Shown here: positions 48,732 through 59,122 of the stretch, piece by piece
Layout: each line of letters opens with the position of its first letter
Numbering within the stretch: the first letter of the stretch is position 1
Assembly (NCBI GenBank): GCA_964460305.1
Contig: CAYWRA010000003.1
Span: 1-60,600, forward strand
Source: an uncultured bacterium
GTDB taxonomy: Bacteria; Auribacterota; Tritonobacteria; UBA1439
Length of the DNA stretch: 60,600 nucleotides
Direction: 5' to 3'
Notes under the pieces: model-generated
The model's database searches: none
The model's input: the letters and a program-made list of their open reading frames with translations, nothing else
What the model was told of the DNA's origin: nothing
Made by a program: the position numbers and the translations under genes

Positions 48732-50561
48732 TTACTCCACCGTCACGCTCTTTGCTAGGTTCCTGGGCTTGTCGATGTCGCAACCGCGGATGCGCGCCAC
48801 GTGATAGGCGAAAAGTTGCAGGGGCGCCACGTTGACGATCGGCGAGAGTTCTTCCAGGGTTTCTGGCACGAAGATCACGTCCTCGGCGATTTCCTTCAGG
48901 TTGTCATCTCCTTCCGTCGCAATTGCGATGATTCTCCCCCCTCGCGCCTCTACCTCCTTCATGTTCGAGATCATCTTGTCGTATTTCTCGCCCCTTGTGC
49001 AAAGGCATACGACGGGGAATCCCCGGTCGATCAACGCAATGGGGCCATGCTTCATCTCTCCCGCCGGGTACCCCTCCGCGTGCATGTAGGAGATCTCCTT
49101 GAGCTTCAGCGCCCCTTCCAGCGCATTCGGGTAGTTAAATCCCCTCCCGAGATAGAATGCGCTTCTTGCGCCAGCGTACTTCGGGGCGAGCGCCTTGATC
49201 TGCGACTCCGTCTTTAGCGCGCGCTCGACCTTCCCGGGGATCGCCTCGATCTCCGTGATGAGCCGCCTCGCCTCATCCGCGCTGATCTGTCCCCGCAACC
49301 TCCCCACGTAAATCGTGAATAGCACGAAGGCCGCGAGCTGGGCCGTGTACGCCTTGGTGGACGCGACTCCGATCTCCGGCCCCGCGTGCGTGTAGATAAC
49401 CCCATCGCTCTCGCGGTCGATGCTGCTGCCGACCACGTTCACGACGGAGATTATCGTGCATCCCTCTTCCCTCGCCATGCGGAGGCTGGCGAGGGTATCC
49501 GCCGTCTCTCCCGACTGGCTCACCGTCATCACGAGTGTATTCCGGTCAAGCTTGGGGCTCCGATAGCGGAATTCGCTCGAATAGTCGACCTCCACGGCGA
49601 GATCGGTATGGTGTTCGAGGAAATAGCGCCCTCCCATACCGGCGTAGCACGCCGTGCCACAAGATATGATGAACACCTTATCGAGGGCCTTGATGGTCTT
49701 TTCGTCTATGTTCACCATCTCCAGCGCCACGCCGGTCTTGTCGGGAAGGATCCGTCCGAGCAGCGCATTTTTCAACGACGTCGGCTGCTCGTAAATCTCC
49801 TTGAGCATGAACGTCTCATACCCGCCCTTTTCCGCCTGCTCCAGCGTCCACTCGATGGCGTGCGTGTCGCGAGCGACCTTTTTCATGTTGAGATCGTAGA
49901 TTTCCACTCCGCCCCTGGTCAGCCGGCAGACCTCGTCGTCATCCAGGTAAATGACGCGCTTCGTATATTCCAGGATCGCCGGGACGTCCGAGGCTATGAA
50001 ATTCTCCCCCTCTCCGATCCCTACCACGAGCGGGCTTGCTTTGCGCGCCACCACGATCTCGTCGGGGTGCTCCTCCGAGATCACTGCTATCGCATACGCG
50101 CCCTCCGCCAGCGAAACAGCCTGCCGGACGGCGGCGAGCAGATCGCCCCTGTAATATTTTTCCACGAGGTGCACGAGGATCTCGCTGTCGGTCTCCGAGG
50201 TGAAGGAGTGCCCCTCTTCCCTAAGCATCGCCCTTAGCCCTGCGTAATTTTCGATGATGCCGTTGTGGACAAGGGCGAGCCGTTCCGTGCAATCGGTGTG
50301 CGGGTGGGAGTTGGGAGTATCGGGCCCACCGTGCGTGGCCCAACGGGTATGGCCTATGCCGGTATGCCCTTTAAGCGGGCGCTCTTTCAGCAGATCGACA
50401 AGGCCGTCGAGCCTCCCCTCTCTCTTACGCACCACGACCTTGCCGCCGTCGATGATCGCGATACCGGCCGAATCGTACCCCCTGTACTCAAGCCGGTACA
50501 GGCCCTTGATGATTACCTCTTGCGCGTCTCTTTCACCGATATATCCCACGATACCGCACAT
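48732..50561 (-). CDS. glmS: Glutamine-fructose-6-phosphate aminotransferase
   Basis: MCGIVG, LEYRGYDSAG, GHTRWATHG, SQSGETADT, DKPRNLAKSVTVE. Confidence 0.98.
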   Translation of the reverse strand: MCGIVGYIGERDAQEVIIKGLYRLEYRGYDSAGIAIIDGGKVVVRKREGRLDGLVDLLKERPLKGHTGIGHTRWATHGGPDTPNSHPHTDCTERLALVHNGIIENYAGLRAMLREEGHSFTSETDSEILVHLVEKYYRGDLLAAVRQAVSLAEGAYAIAVISEEHPDEIVVARKASPLVVGIGEGENFIASDVPAILEYTKRVIYLDDDEVCRLTRGGVEIYDLNMKKVARDTHAIEWTLEQAEKGGYETFMLKEIYEQPTSLKNALLGRILPDKTGVALEMVNIDEKTIKALDKVFIISCGTACYAGMGGRYFLEHHTDLAVEVDYSSEFRYRSPKLDRNTLVMTVSQSGETADTLASLRMAREEGCTIISVVNVVGSSIDRESDGVIYTHAGPEIGVASTKAYTAQLAAFVLFTIYVGRLRGQISADEARRLITEIEAIPGKVERALKTESQIKALAPKYAGARSAFYLGRGFNYPNALEGALKLKEISYMHAEGYPAGEMKHGPIALIDRGFPVVCLCTRGEKYDKMISNMKEVEARGGRIIAIATEGDDNLKEIAEDVIFVPETLEELSPIVNVAPLQLFAYHVARIRGCDIDKPRNLAKSVTVE

Positions 50562-50664
50562 GATGACCTCGCTTCGAACCCAGAATCCAGAAGCCGGAAT
50601 ACCGGCTCCACAACTCTATCTTCTGGATTCTGAATTCTGTATCCTGGATTCTAACCCGATTAGC

Positions 50665-51834
50665 TTACTTTGAATTATACACAACCTTCCCCTTGACGAT
50701 CGTCGTATGGACGTTCAGATCGTCATCAAATACCACCACGTCGGCATCCTTCCCCACTGCAAGGGACCCCATGCGACCGTCCAGCCCGAGAACCCTTGCT
50801 GGATTGATCGTGGCAAGCGTAACGACCTCCTCGATGGAAGCGCCCGTGTATCTCCGCATATTCATGATGGCCTTGTTCATTGTGAGGATGCTGCCGCAAA
50901 GCGTCCCGTCATCGAAATGAGGGGCGCCGCTGTGCACCGTCGATTTCCTCCCATTGAAGACGAATTCATCCGAATCCATATCGAGCACCTTCATGCAATC
51001 CGTGACGAGAACAATCCCCCTCAGCCCCTTGATCATCAGCGTCATCTTGACAATGAGCGGGTGGAGATGAATTCCATCTACGATCAGCTCCGCGGTAACA
51101 CGCTCATCCGCCAGCACGGCGGCCGCGAGGCCGGGATTCCTATGGTGCATACTGCTCATACCGTTGAAAAGGTGGGTTGCGTAGCGCACCCCCGCCGAAA
51201 AAGCCTTTTCCGCCTCCTCCACGCTGGCATTCGAATGCCCTATCGCCGGCACTATCGCCCTTTCCCTGAGGAGCGCGACGAGATCCAGCCCCCCCTCAAG
51301 CTCGGGCGCCAAAGTCACCATTCTCACATGACCGCCCCCGAGATCCAATAAGGCGTCGAGTTCATCCCGGCACGGCATCCTCAAATAGTCTGCCGAATGG
51401 GCGCCACGCCTCACGGGATTGAGGTACGGCCCCTCCAGATTGATCCCCAGGATGTTCCCTCCTCCGGCGTCAATCGCCTCCCGGAGACAGGCAATCCCTT
51501 TCTTCATCGACTCGGGTCGCCCCGTGCAGAGCGTCGCGAGTAGCGAGGTAGTGCCATAACGCGCGTGCGCCGCGGCAATCCTGCCGGCAGCCTCAGGCCC
51601 GTCGTCGAGAAAGTCCCCGCCGGCTGCGCCGTGGACGTGGAGATCGATGAAGCCTGGGCCCACATAACCGCCCCTGGCATCGATCACCATGCCTTTCCCG
51701 ACAGGCGTTCCCATACGCGGGCCGGCGAACGTGATCCCCCCCCCGGAGATCTTGAGCATTCCGTCGGGGACGGTTCCGGAATCGAGGATGAGTCGCCCGC
51801 CGATGATCGTTAGTAAATCTTCTCTGTCAGTCAC
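50665..51834 (-). CDS. nagA: N-acetylglucosamine-6-phosphate deacetylase
   Basis: PGFIDLHVHG, LEGPYL, TLAPE, GHSNA, THLFNGM, DGIH, LVTD. Confidence 0.95.
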   Translation of the reverse strand: MTDREDLLTIIGGRLILDSGTVPDGMLKISGGGITFAGPRMGTPVGKGMVIDARGGYVGPGFIDLHVHGAAGGDFLDDGPEAAGRIAAAHARYGTTSLLATLCTGRPESMKKGIACLREAIDAGGGNILGINLEGPYLNPVRRGAHSADYLRMPCRDELDALLDLGGGHVRMVTLAPELEGGLDLVALLRERAIVPAIGHSNASVEEAEKAFSAGVRYATHLFNGMSSMHHRNPGLAAAVLADERVTAELIVDGIHLHPLIVKMTLMIKGLRGIVLVTDCMKVLDMDSDEFVFNGRKSTVHSGAPHFDDGTLCGSILTMNKAIMNMRRYTGASIEEVVTLATINPARVLGLDGRMGSLAVGKDADVVVFDDDLNVHTTIVKGKVVYNSK

Positions 51835-51879
51835 GCGAGACCCCTGATGTCAAAATCCCAAATCCCAATAATAACGCCG

Positions 51880-53265
51880 TTACGCCCCACGCCCTACGCC
51901 GCCACGCCTGCCGGCAGGCTTCCAGGCCTTCATCGCCTCCCCCGCCAGATAGGTCGACCCGGTGACGAGGATGCCGTCAGCCATATTCTCAGTGACTATC
52001 TTACGCGCGAGCGAGAGCGCCCCTCGAAGATTTCTTGTTTCTCTCACGACCGCCCTCGATAGGCCGCGGCATGCGCGTGCGACCTCCGCCGCCTCCGCGG
52101 ACCTATCGCTCGGCACCGCCGTCGCAATCACCGCCGACGCGAGCGGAAGAAGCGCCCGGCATATTTTAGAGATATCCTTGTCTTTCAGGATTCCGAGCAC
52201 CAGGCGCCATCGGCGACCGGGAAATATCTCCCTAATCGCCAGAGAGAGGGCGCGTGCCGCCGACGGGTTGTGCGCACCGTCCACGACGAGCAACGGATCG
52301 CGGCCGAGCACTTCGAGCCTCCCCGGCCACCGTGTGGAGGCAATCCCCTCACGCACACGCCGTTCGGGGAGGACCGTCCCCAACCTCTTAAGCCCCTCAA
52401 TCACCCCTAATGCCGCCGCACAGTTAGACAACTGATAACGGCCAGGGAGTGGCAGAAAGAGATCATCGTACGTCCCGCATACCCCGCTCGCTTCAAAAAC
52501 GCTCCCATCGGGAGATTGCCGGATCGGCGAATACAGTATATCATCTCCGATTTTTACGAGTGTAGCCCCTTTTGTCCGGCAGCGCTTGGCGACCGCCTCC
52601 CGCGCGGCGCCCGGCATCTCGCCGCACACCACGAACGCCCCCCGCGTAATGACGGCCGCTTTCTCGGCGGCGATCTTCGAGAGCGTACGCCCGAGCTGCG
52701 CCTGATGCTCCAGTCCGATTGAGGTGATGGCAACGACGGGTGCGGAGACGACGTTTGTAGCATCGAGCCTGCCGCCTAAGCCCGTCTCCAGAACGGCGTA
52801 ATCCACCCCTTCGCGCGCGAACGCGCAGAAGGCGAGCGCCGTCATGAATTCAAAATAAGTCGGCGATCCGGCGGAGGATGCCGCCATATCCTCCGCGTAC
52901 GGAATGAGCTCTGCGGCTAGCCGGTCAATCTGCGCTTTGCTTATCTCCCTTCCGCACAGCCTGATCCTCTCTCTATACGAAACCAGATGCGGGGAGGTAT
53001 AAAGTCCCGTTCGATAACCGGCCGCGCGCAACACCGATTCAACCATCGCGCAGACGGATCCCTTGCCGTTCGTCCCGGCGACGTGAATGCAGGTGAGCGA
53101 CCGATGGGGATTGCCGCAGCGCTCTAAGAGGGCAACGATGCGATCGAGGCCCGGCCGCATGCCGAAGCGTTCGAGACCGGAGAGATACGCCTCGCAAGAG
53201 GTGGGCGCTTTGGATGCGCCGCCGTTACGGCGCGGCGGCCGGCGATGGGGGCTGGGAGGCCGCAT
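51880..53265 (-). CDS. folC: Folylpolyglutamate synthase / dihydrofolate synthase
   Basis: HVAGTNGKGS, YTSPHL, LETGLGGRLDATN, WPGR, DGAHNP. The start overlaps the 3' end of accD. Confidence 0.93.
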   Translation of the reverse strand: MRPPSPHRRPPRRNGGASKAPTSCEAYLSGLERFGMRPGLDRIVALLERCGNPHRSLTCIHVAGTNGKGSVCAMVESVLRAAGYRTGLYTSPHLVSYRERIRLCGREISKAQIDRLAAELIPYAEDMAASSAGSPTYFEFMTALAFCAFAREGVDYAVLETGLGGRLDATNVVSAPVVAITSIGLEHQAQLGRTLSKIAAEKAAVITRGAFVVCGEMPGAAREAVAKRCRTKGATLVKIGDDILYSPIRQSPDGSVFEASGVCGTYDDLFLPLPGRYQLSNCAAALGVIEGLKRLGTVLPERRVREGIASTRWPGRLEVLGRDPLLVVDGAHNPSAARALSLAIREIFPGRRWRLVLGILKDKDISKICRALLPLASAVIATAVPSDRSAEAAEVARACRGLSRAVVRETRNLRGALSLARKIVTENMADGILVTGSTYLAGEAMKAWKPAGRRGGVGRGA

Positions 53266-54145
53266 GCGAATCGCTGCTCCGGATGGCGTTCTGCGGGATC
53301 AGTTCGCGCGTAAATTTAGGCGTCTCGAACATGTTGAGAATCTTTATGAGCGTCCCCTTGAGCTCCCGTCGCCCCGTGATGAGTTCGATCATGCCGTGGG
53401 CGATGAGGAACTCCGACGTCTGGAATCCCGGAGGGAGGTCCTGCTGGATCGTCTGTTTGATCACCCGCGGGCCGGCGAAACCGATGAGCGCGCCCGGTTC
53501 CGCGATAATGATATCTCCGAGGGATGCAAATGAAGCAGTGGTGCCGCCGGTCGTGGGGTTTGTCATCACCGAAATATAGAGGAGGCCGGCCGCATCGAAC
53601 CTGGCGAGGGCCGCGCTCGTCTTGACAAGCTGCATGAGGCTGAGCGCGCCCTCCTGCATCCTGGCGCCGCCCGATGCGGAGATGATGACCAGCGGGATGC
53701 GTTTCTCAAGCGCCAATTCGATGAGCCTGGTGATTTTCTCGCCGACCACCGACCCCATGCTGCCCCCCATGTACGTAAAATCCATGGCCGCAAGCGCCAC
53801 CACGAAGCCGCCGAGCGATCCGACACCCGTCACCACCGCCTCGGGGACTCCCGCCTTCCGCTCCGCGCTTATCTGCCTCTTCGGATAAGGGACCGAATCG
53901 ACGAATTTGAGCGGGTCCGTGGGCCGCATCTGGGCGTCGATTTCTAAAAATTCCCCCTCTCCGAAAAGCGTCCTGATCCTCTGCCATGCCGGCAGCGGGT
54001 AAAGATAGCCGCACTTCGGGCAGGTCTCGATGTTCGACACCACCTCTCCCCTCGTGATAAGCTCCCCGCAGCTCTTACACTTCATCCAGAGCCCCGCGGG
54101 GATGTCCCTTTTCTTGACCTTGATATGTTTACTGAAGAAGCGCAT
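53225..54145 (-). CDS. accD: Acetyl-CoA carboxylase carboxyltransferase beta subunit
   Basis: GLWMKCKSC..CPKC, GGSMGSVVGEKI, SGGARMQEG, IGFAGPRVI. Confidence 0.97.
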   Translation of the reverse strand: MRFFSKHIKVKKRDIPAGLWMKCKSCGELITRGEVVSNIETCPKCGYLYPLPAWQRIRTLFGEGEFLEIDAQMRPTDPLKFVDSVPYPKRQISAERKAGVPEAVVTGVGSLGGFVVALAAMDFTYMGGSMGSVVGEKITRLIELALEKRIPLVIISASGGARMQEGALSLMQLVKTSAALARFDAAGLLYISVMTNPTTGGTTASFASLGDIIIAEPGALIGFAGPRVIKQTIQQDLPPGFQTSEFLIAHGMIELITGRRELKGTLIKILNMFETPKFTRELIPQNAIRSSDSHAASQPPSPAAAP

Positions 54146-54216
54146 GGTAACTATGGCCTAAGGTTGAAAGTTTAAAGTGGAACTTGATCTAATCACCAAC
54201 CACTGATGCCAAAAGG

Positions 54217-54310
54217 ATGACAAATGCCAAAGCACAAATTACAAATGAATTACAAATGACCGAATTCAAAAACAAAGTCATTGTGTTTTGTCATTTGATA
54301 TTTGTCATTA
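54217..54310. repeat. AATGACA/TGTCATT heptamer-repeat hairpin (copy 3 of 3)
   Basis: caaatgaattacaaatgaccgaat...gtcattgtgttttgtcatttgatatttgtcatt. Confidence 0.8.
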
Positions 54311-54354
54311 TCCTCTCCGCGGTTTCCTAATTCTTCATTCACGAATAATCCAGG

Positions 54355-55788
54355 TCAGGCCAGTCTTTCCTGCAGCACGCGGGTGACGACCTTGGGGTTC
54401 GCCTTCCCCCCCGTAGCCCTCATGATCTGGCCCATGAGGAAACCGAGCGCCTGTTTTCTTCCGCCTTTATAGTCTTCAACCGACTTCGGATTCGCCTTGA
54501 TGACCTCTTCGACGATCTTCGTGAGTTCCCCCTCGTCGCTGATCTGCGTGAGGCCCCGGGAGGCGACGATCTCCGCCGCGCCTTTCCCAGCATCAAACAT
54601 TTCAGCGAAAACCTCCTTGCCGGTTGTGGCGTTGATGGTTCCGGCGCCGACGAGCTTGAGAATTTCAACTATACCCTCCGGCCTAACCTTACACTCACCA
54701 AGCGGCAGATCCTTCTCCTTGAGCGTCCTCAGGAGTTCTCCCATGATGAAGTTGCTAGCCGCCTTCGGCTCAGCCCCCGCCTTCACGCACGCCTCAAAGT
54801 AGTCCGCAAGCGCGCGCTCCGAGGTGAGCACGTCTGCATCGTATTCCGGGATGCGGCATTCGGCGACCAGGAGGTCGCGCCGTCTCAAGGGCGCCTCGGG
54901 AAGGGTCGCCCTCAGCTCTTCCACCCAAGCCGCATCGACCACGACCGGCGCAAGGTCCGGCTCCGGGAAATAACGGTAATCGTGGGCCTCTTCCTTGCTG
55001 CGCATGGGGTGCGTCATCTCGCTCTCCGCCTCCCACAGCCGTGTTTCCTGGACTATGCGCTCCCCTTCGCGGAGAGCCCGTTTCTGGCGTTCGATCTCGT
55101 AAGCGAGCGCCTTCTGCACGGCGCGGAATGAATTCATGTTTTTCACTTCGGCCTTTACGCCGAGTGGCGTCGAGCCAATGGGGCGGATCGAGACGTTGGC
55201 ATCGCAGCGCAGGCTCCCCTTTTCCATGTCGCAGTCGGAGACGCCGAGATACTGGAGCGTGAGCTTGAGCTCCTTGAGGTAGGCGAACGCCTCGTCGGGC
55301 CCGGAGATCTCGGGCTCGCTCACGATCTCAAGCAACGGGACGCCCGTCCGGTTGAAATCGACTCCCGATTCGCCCCCCGTAACCTCCGCGTGGACGAGCT
55401 TGCCCGCATCCTCCTCGAGATGTACGCGCGTAATGCCGATCGTCTTACGCCCCTCTCCCAAGTCGATCTCAATCCCGCCTCCTATACAGAGCGGAAGGTC
55501 GTACTGGGATATCTGGTAGTTCTTCGGCAGGTCAGGGTAGAAATAGTTCTTCCGGTCGAATTTGCTGAAGGGCGCGATGCGGCTGCCGAGCATCAGGCCG
55601 GCGAGCACCGCGGAGCGTAGGGCAACCTCATTGAGCACGGGGAGCGTCCCGGGGAGCCCCAGGCAGACCGGGCAGACGTTCGTGTTCGGCGCCGCGCCGA
55701 ACGTCGTGGGGCATCCGCAGAAGACCTTGGAGATCGTCTTCAGTTGGACGTGAACCTCAAGCCCTATTACCGCCTCGTAGTCAGTCAT
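54355..55788 (-). CDS. gatB: Asp/Glu-tRNA amidotransferase subunit B
   Basis: IGLEVHVQL, RKNYFYPDLPKNYQISQ, HLEEDAGK, RSKEEAHDYRYFPEPDL. Confidence 0.98.
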   Translation of the reverse strand: MTDYEAVIGLEVHVQLKTISKVFCGCPTTFGAAPNTNVCPVCLGLPGTLPVLNEVALRSAVLAGLMLGSRIAPFSKFDRKNYFYPDLPKNYQISQYDLPLCIGGGIEIDLGEGRKTIGITRVHLEEDAGKLVHAEVTGGESGVDFNRTGVPLLEIVSEPEISGPDEAFAYLKELKLTLQYLGVSDCDMEKGSLRCDANVSIRPIGSTPLGVKAEVKNMNSFRAVQKALAYEIERQKRALREGERIVQETRLWEAESEMTHPMRSKEEAHDYRYFPEPDLAPVVVDAAWVEELRATLPEAPLRRRDLLVAECRIPEYDADVLTSERALADYFEACVKAGAEPKAASNFIMGELLRTLKEKDLPLGECKVRPEGIVEILKLVGAGTINATTGKEVFAEMFDAGKGAAEIVASRGLTQISDEGELTKIVEEVIKANPKSVEDYKGGRKQALGFLMGQIMRATGGKANPKVVTRVLQERLA

Positions 55789-55800
55789 AATCCACTTTCC

Positions 55801-55884
55801 ATCCGACACTAGATTTTACTCAAAACTTCGGTCATTCCTCTTTTATCCGACACAATATCCGACATTTCTCTGACTTATCCGACA
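55801..55884. repeat. Four ATCCGACA direct repeats
   Basis: Copies at 55801, 55845, 55857 and 55877. Confidence 0.8.
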
Positions 55885-55890
55885 TGATTT

Positions 55891-57360
55891 TCATACGGCC
55901 TTATAAATGGCATCTTTCTTAAAACCTTCTTTCTTAACCAGTTCCATTTTTAACAATAAATTCAAATCTCTTAATGCCGTTCTATCCGTAACGTTAAAAC
56001 TTTTGCGATAAAGCCTGTTGGTCATGATCTTTTTCTCGTTCACCATTAACTCTAACGCCTTAATCTGCCTGTCATTCAATCCCATTCCCCTTAAATCTAT
56101 CTGCATATCCTCTGGTATATTCGAAGCTAAATCCAAAATGTTTTCACCGGGTCCATAAAAAGTCACCCTGAAAAAATCGCCTTTTTCGCTCAAGGTCGGA
56201 GGTTTTAAGCCCTGGTCTTTCATTAAATGCTTCATCCTCATAATGCCTGTCCCAAATCGTTCCATATCTCTTGTTTCATGAAATATCTTGCAGATTTCTC
56301 GATTCCTTGTTTTGTGAATTCCTTCCAACCGCTTAATATCCAGGCCTGGCAAGATTCCCCCAGGGCTAGTGACCTCGATTCTGTCATCAAAAATCTCTAT
56401 TTGAACGTTTGCACCTCTTTGGTCATAATCTCTATGAGCAATAGCATTGATAACGGCTTCCCTTATAGCCTCAAAAGGATATTCCGGGATGTCTATCCTT
56501 TTAAAACCTACGATCTTCCCCGCAAGATGAGTGTTCTTAATGAAGAATGCTTGCACATCTTTATCAATAATTGAATAGAGGTCGCCTTCAATCTCACAAG
56601 AGTCAAGGGTCCTGAGCCTGGTGGGCCCTTTGTATCGAGCTATTTTGATGCTGCTCTGGGGGATATACTTCTGCGGATGATCACAGAAAAAAAGTATCGC
56701 TGTATTATTTGGCTGGAGTTTCTTGCCTATTTTCTTAACTATTCCTACCGTTTTCAAGAGAAAATCTTTCACCGTGATTTGAGGAATAGTTGTCTTTAAC
56801 TTCATAGCCCTTGTGTCCAAAAACTTCCTTACGAGATTCTCGTTGATATCCCTGTACCCTGCTTCTGGATCAAACGCAGAATCAAACTCTGGTAATGGAA
56901 TTTTCCCCTTCTTAGATAAAAACTCTATCAAACTGTCATAAACTCCTTTTTCCAGGTGTAAGATGTTGTTAAATCTTTTACGGATGAGCTGACTACCGGC
57001 TTCCGTAACCAATTTTTGCACTCTGGGGTCACGGGCATCGTCGTTACTCCTTTTAACATATATAAGTCTCTCTTTCCCCAGTTTTGTTGCTCTACGAAAT
57101 TCCTCCTCAGTAGGAGAAAATCCGTCTGCTCCTGGCTTCCCATATTGATTTCCAAGCAACCCCAAATAGATGTCGCTTTGACCAACCTCTTTCAGATACA
57201 AATTCTGGGGATTTCTGTCCTGCGCCGGCAAATCTTCAAAAAGGAAAACCTCGAAATACCTCTTAAAGAGTACATTACTCTCGATATATCTTTTAATAGC
57301 TTGCCGCTCTTTGTGTAATTCCTTTTGCGCGCTGCTAACAAATATCCTATACCTTTTCAT
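55891..57360 (-). CDS. DUF4062-like domain + RecG-like/HATPase ATP-binding domain + C-terminal HTH protein (AT-rich, inserted in gatCAB)
   Basis: RIFVSSAQKEL, YLGLLGNQYG and SPTEEEF (DUF4062 pattern); REAVINAIAHRDY, DDRIEVTSPGG, RNREI and ERFGTGI (ATP-binding); VTDRTALRDLNLL (HTH). Visibly lower GC than its neighbours. Confidence 0.8.
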   Translation of the reverse strand: MKRYRIFVSSAQKELHKERQAIKRYIESNVLFKRYFEVFLFEDLPAQDRNPQNLYLKEVGQSDIYLGLLGNQYGKPGADGFSPTEEEFRRATKLGKERLIYVKRSNDDARDPRVQKLVTEAGSQLIRKRFNNILHLEKGVYDSLIEFLSKKGKIPLPEFDSAFDPEAGYRDINENLVRKFLDTRAMKLKTTIPQITVKDFLLKTVGIVKKIGKKLQPNNTAILFFCDHPQKYIPQSSIKIARYKGPTRLRTLDSCEIEGDLYSIIDKDVQAFFIKNTHLAGKIVGFKRIDIPEYPFEAIREAVINAIAHRDYDQRGANVQIEIFDDRIEVTSPGGILPGLDIKRLEGIHKTRNREICKIFHETRDMERFGTGIMRMKHLMKDQGLKPPTLSEKGDFFRVTFYGPGENILDLASNIPEDMQIDLRGMGLNDRQIKALELMVNEKKIMTNRLYRKSFNVTDRTALRDLNLLLKMELVKKEGFKKDAIYKAV

Positions 57361-57385
57361 ATAACGTTATATCCGGAAGGCATGT

Positions 57386-58846
57386 TTAAATAGATGGTTT
57401 CCTGTGATGCCAGTCTGTCGAGCGCTCGTACGCATAGGCGGCCCTTAAGAGAGTCCCCTCGTCAAAATGCCGCCCGATGAGTTGGAGTCCGATGGGGAGC
57501 CCTTCGGAAGTGAATCCGCAGGGAATGGATATCGCCGGGACGCCGGCAAGGTTGGCGGATATCGTGAAGATATCGGAGAGGTACATCTGTAGCGGGTCGT
57601 CCAGTTTCTCCCCCGCCTTGAACGCCGCCGTCGGGGATACCGGCGTCGCCAACAGATCGCACGAGGCAAACGCCTTTTCAAAATCGTTTTTCATGAGCGT
57701 GCGAACCTTCTGCGCCTTGAGATAATAGGCATCGTAGTAGCCTGAGCTTAAGACGTATGTCCCGAGCATGATTCGCCTCTTCACCTCATCGCCGAATCCC
57801 TCCGACCTCGTGCGTTCGTACATATCAAGGAGGCCGGCCGGCTTCGGCGCCCGATAGCCGTACTGCACGCCGTCGTAGCGCGCGAGGTTTGAGCTCGCCT
57901 CCGCCGTGGCGACTATATAATAGGTAGCCACCGCATATTCCGTGTGCGGCAGGCTCACCTCAACAAGCTCGGCGCCGCCCGACTGCATCTGCTTTATTGC
58001 CTCCTCGACCGCCGATTTTACTTCCCGGTCCATCCCCTCGACAAAATATTCCTTCGGGATGCCAACGCGCACCCCTTTCATTCCTCCCTCGATACCGTTC
58101 ACAACGTTCCGCGGCGCTTCTTTCACGGAGGTCGAGTCGCGGGGATCGTGTCCCCCGATCACGTCGAAGAGGAGGGCGATATCGCGTACGCTCCGCGCAA
58201 TCGGTCCGATCTGGTCGAGAGAGGAGGCAAACGCCACCAGGCCATACCTTGATATACATCCATAGGTTGGCTTGAGCCCTGCGACACCGCAGAGGGATGC
58301 CGGCTGCCTGATCGACCCTCCCGTGTCGGAACCGAGCGCGGCGGGGACCTCCCGGGCGGCGACCGCGGCCGTCGATCCACCGCTCGAACCGCCGGGGACC
58401 CTCTCCATGTCCCACGGGTTCCGCGTGATGCCGTAACAGGACGTCTCCGTAGATGAGCCCATGGCGAACTCATCCATGTTCGTCCGTCCGAGGAACACCG
58501 CGCCGGCCGCGCGCAGCCGCTCGATCACGGTAGCGTTGTAAGGCGCCACAAAGCCTTTTAGAATCCTTGACGAACAGGTTGTGGGGCGCCCCTCTATGCA
58601 AAGGTTATCTTTGATACCGAGCGGGATGCCTTCAAGCGGCCCCCGAGTCTCGCCTCTTGCGATGCGCGCATCCGCGGCCTCCGCCACGGCCAGGGCTTCC
58701 GCCTCATAGACTTCCGCGAACGAATGGATTTTATCCTCGATCCCTCTCGCCCGTTCGAGGCAGGCGGCGACGAGTTCTCTGGAGCTCAGCTCCTTCTTTT
58801 TAATCGCCGCCGATGCTTCGAATACGGTCAGATCTATTGGATTCAT
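57386..58846 (-). CDS. gatA: Asp/Glu-tRNA amidotransferase subunit A
   Basis: [34 protein letters not shown]. Confidence 0.98.
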   Translation of the reverse strand: MNPIDLTVFEASAAIKKKELSSRELVAACLERARGIEDKIHSFAEVYEAEALAVAEAADARIARGETRGPLEGIPLGIKDNLCIEGRPTTCSSRILKGFVAPYNATVIERLRAAGAVFLGRTNMDEFAMGSSTETSCYGITRNPWDMERVPGGSSGGSTAAVAAREVPAALGSDTGGSIRQPASLCGVAGLKPTYGCISRYGLVAFASSLDQIGPIARSVRDIALLFDVIGGHDPRDSTSVKEAPRNVVNGIEGGMKGVRVGIPKEYFVEGMDREVKSAVEEAIKQMQSGGAELVEVSLPHTEYAVATYYIVATAEASSNLARYDGVQYGYRAPKPAGLLDMYERTRSEGFGDEVKRRIMLGTYVLSSGYYDAYYLKAQKVRTLMKNDFEKAFASCDLLATPVSPTAAFKAGEKLDDPLQMYLSDIFTISANLAGVPAISIPCGFTSEGLPIGLQLIGRHFDEGTLLRAAYAYERSTDWHHRKPSI

Positions 58847-58899
58847 GATTGTCTTTAAGCGCCCGATTTCTCTGATTGTCCTGATTTAAAATAAGCTTT

Positions 58900-59102
58900 C
58901 AACCACAGATTTACACAAGATTAGCACAAGATTCATTACAACCAAATTCTCGTGAAAATCCTGTGGGTTTCTGAATCCCCTCTGCGTTTATCAGCGCTAA
59001 TCTGCGTCCCATTCCCCATGCTTAGCGGTCCTCTCGGTCCCTCTTTTACTCTTTGTAAAACAACTGCCTTTTTTCTCCGTGGTTAAAAACTACCGTGGTG
59101 GT
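58900..59102. repeat. Nested palindromic repeat cluster between gatC and gatA
   Basis: aaccacagatttacacaaga..aatcctgtgggtt, ctcttttactctttgtaaaacaactgc, ctccgtggttaaaa..ccgtggt. Confidence 0.65.
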
Positions 59103-59122
59103 TATGATAGGTGCAAAGCTTT

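Noticed and set aside
46546-48783. 745-aa kinase with N-terminus from 48783
   Set aside because: The extension translates a heptamer hairpin and overlaps glmS. The start was moved to 48615 (MKISIQ).
50562-50664. glmS ribozyme upstream of glmS
   Set aside because: The spacer is a TTCTGGA heptamer hairpin with no ribozyme core.
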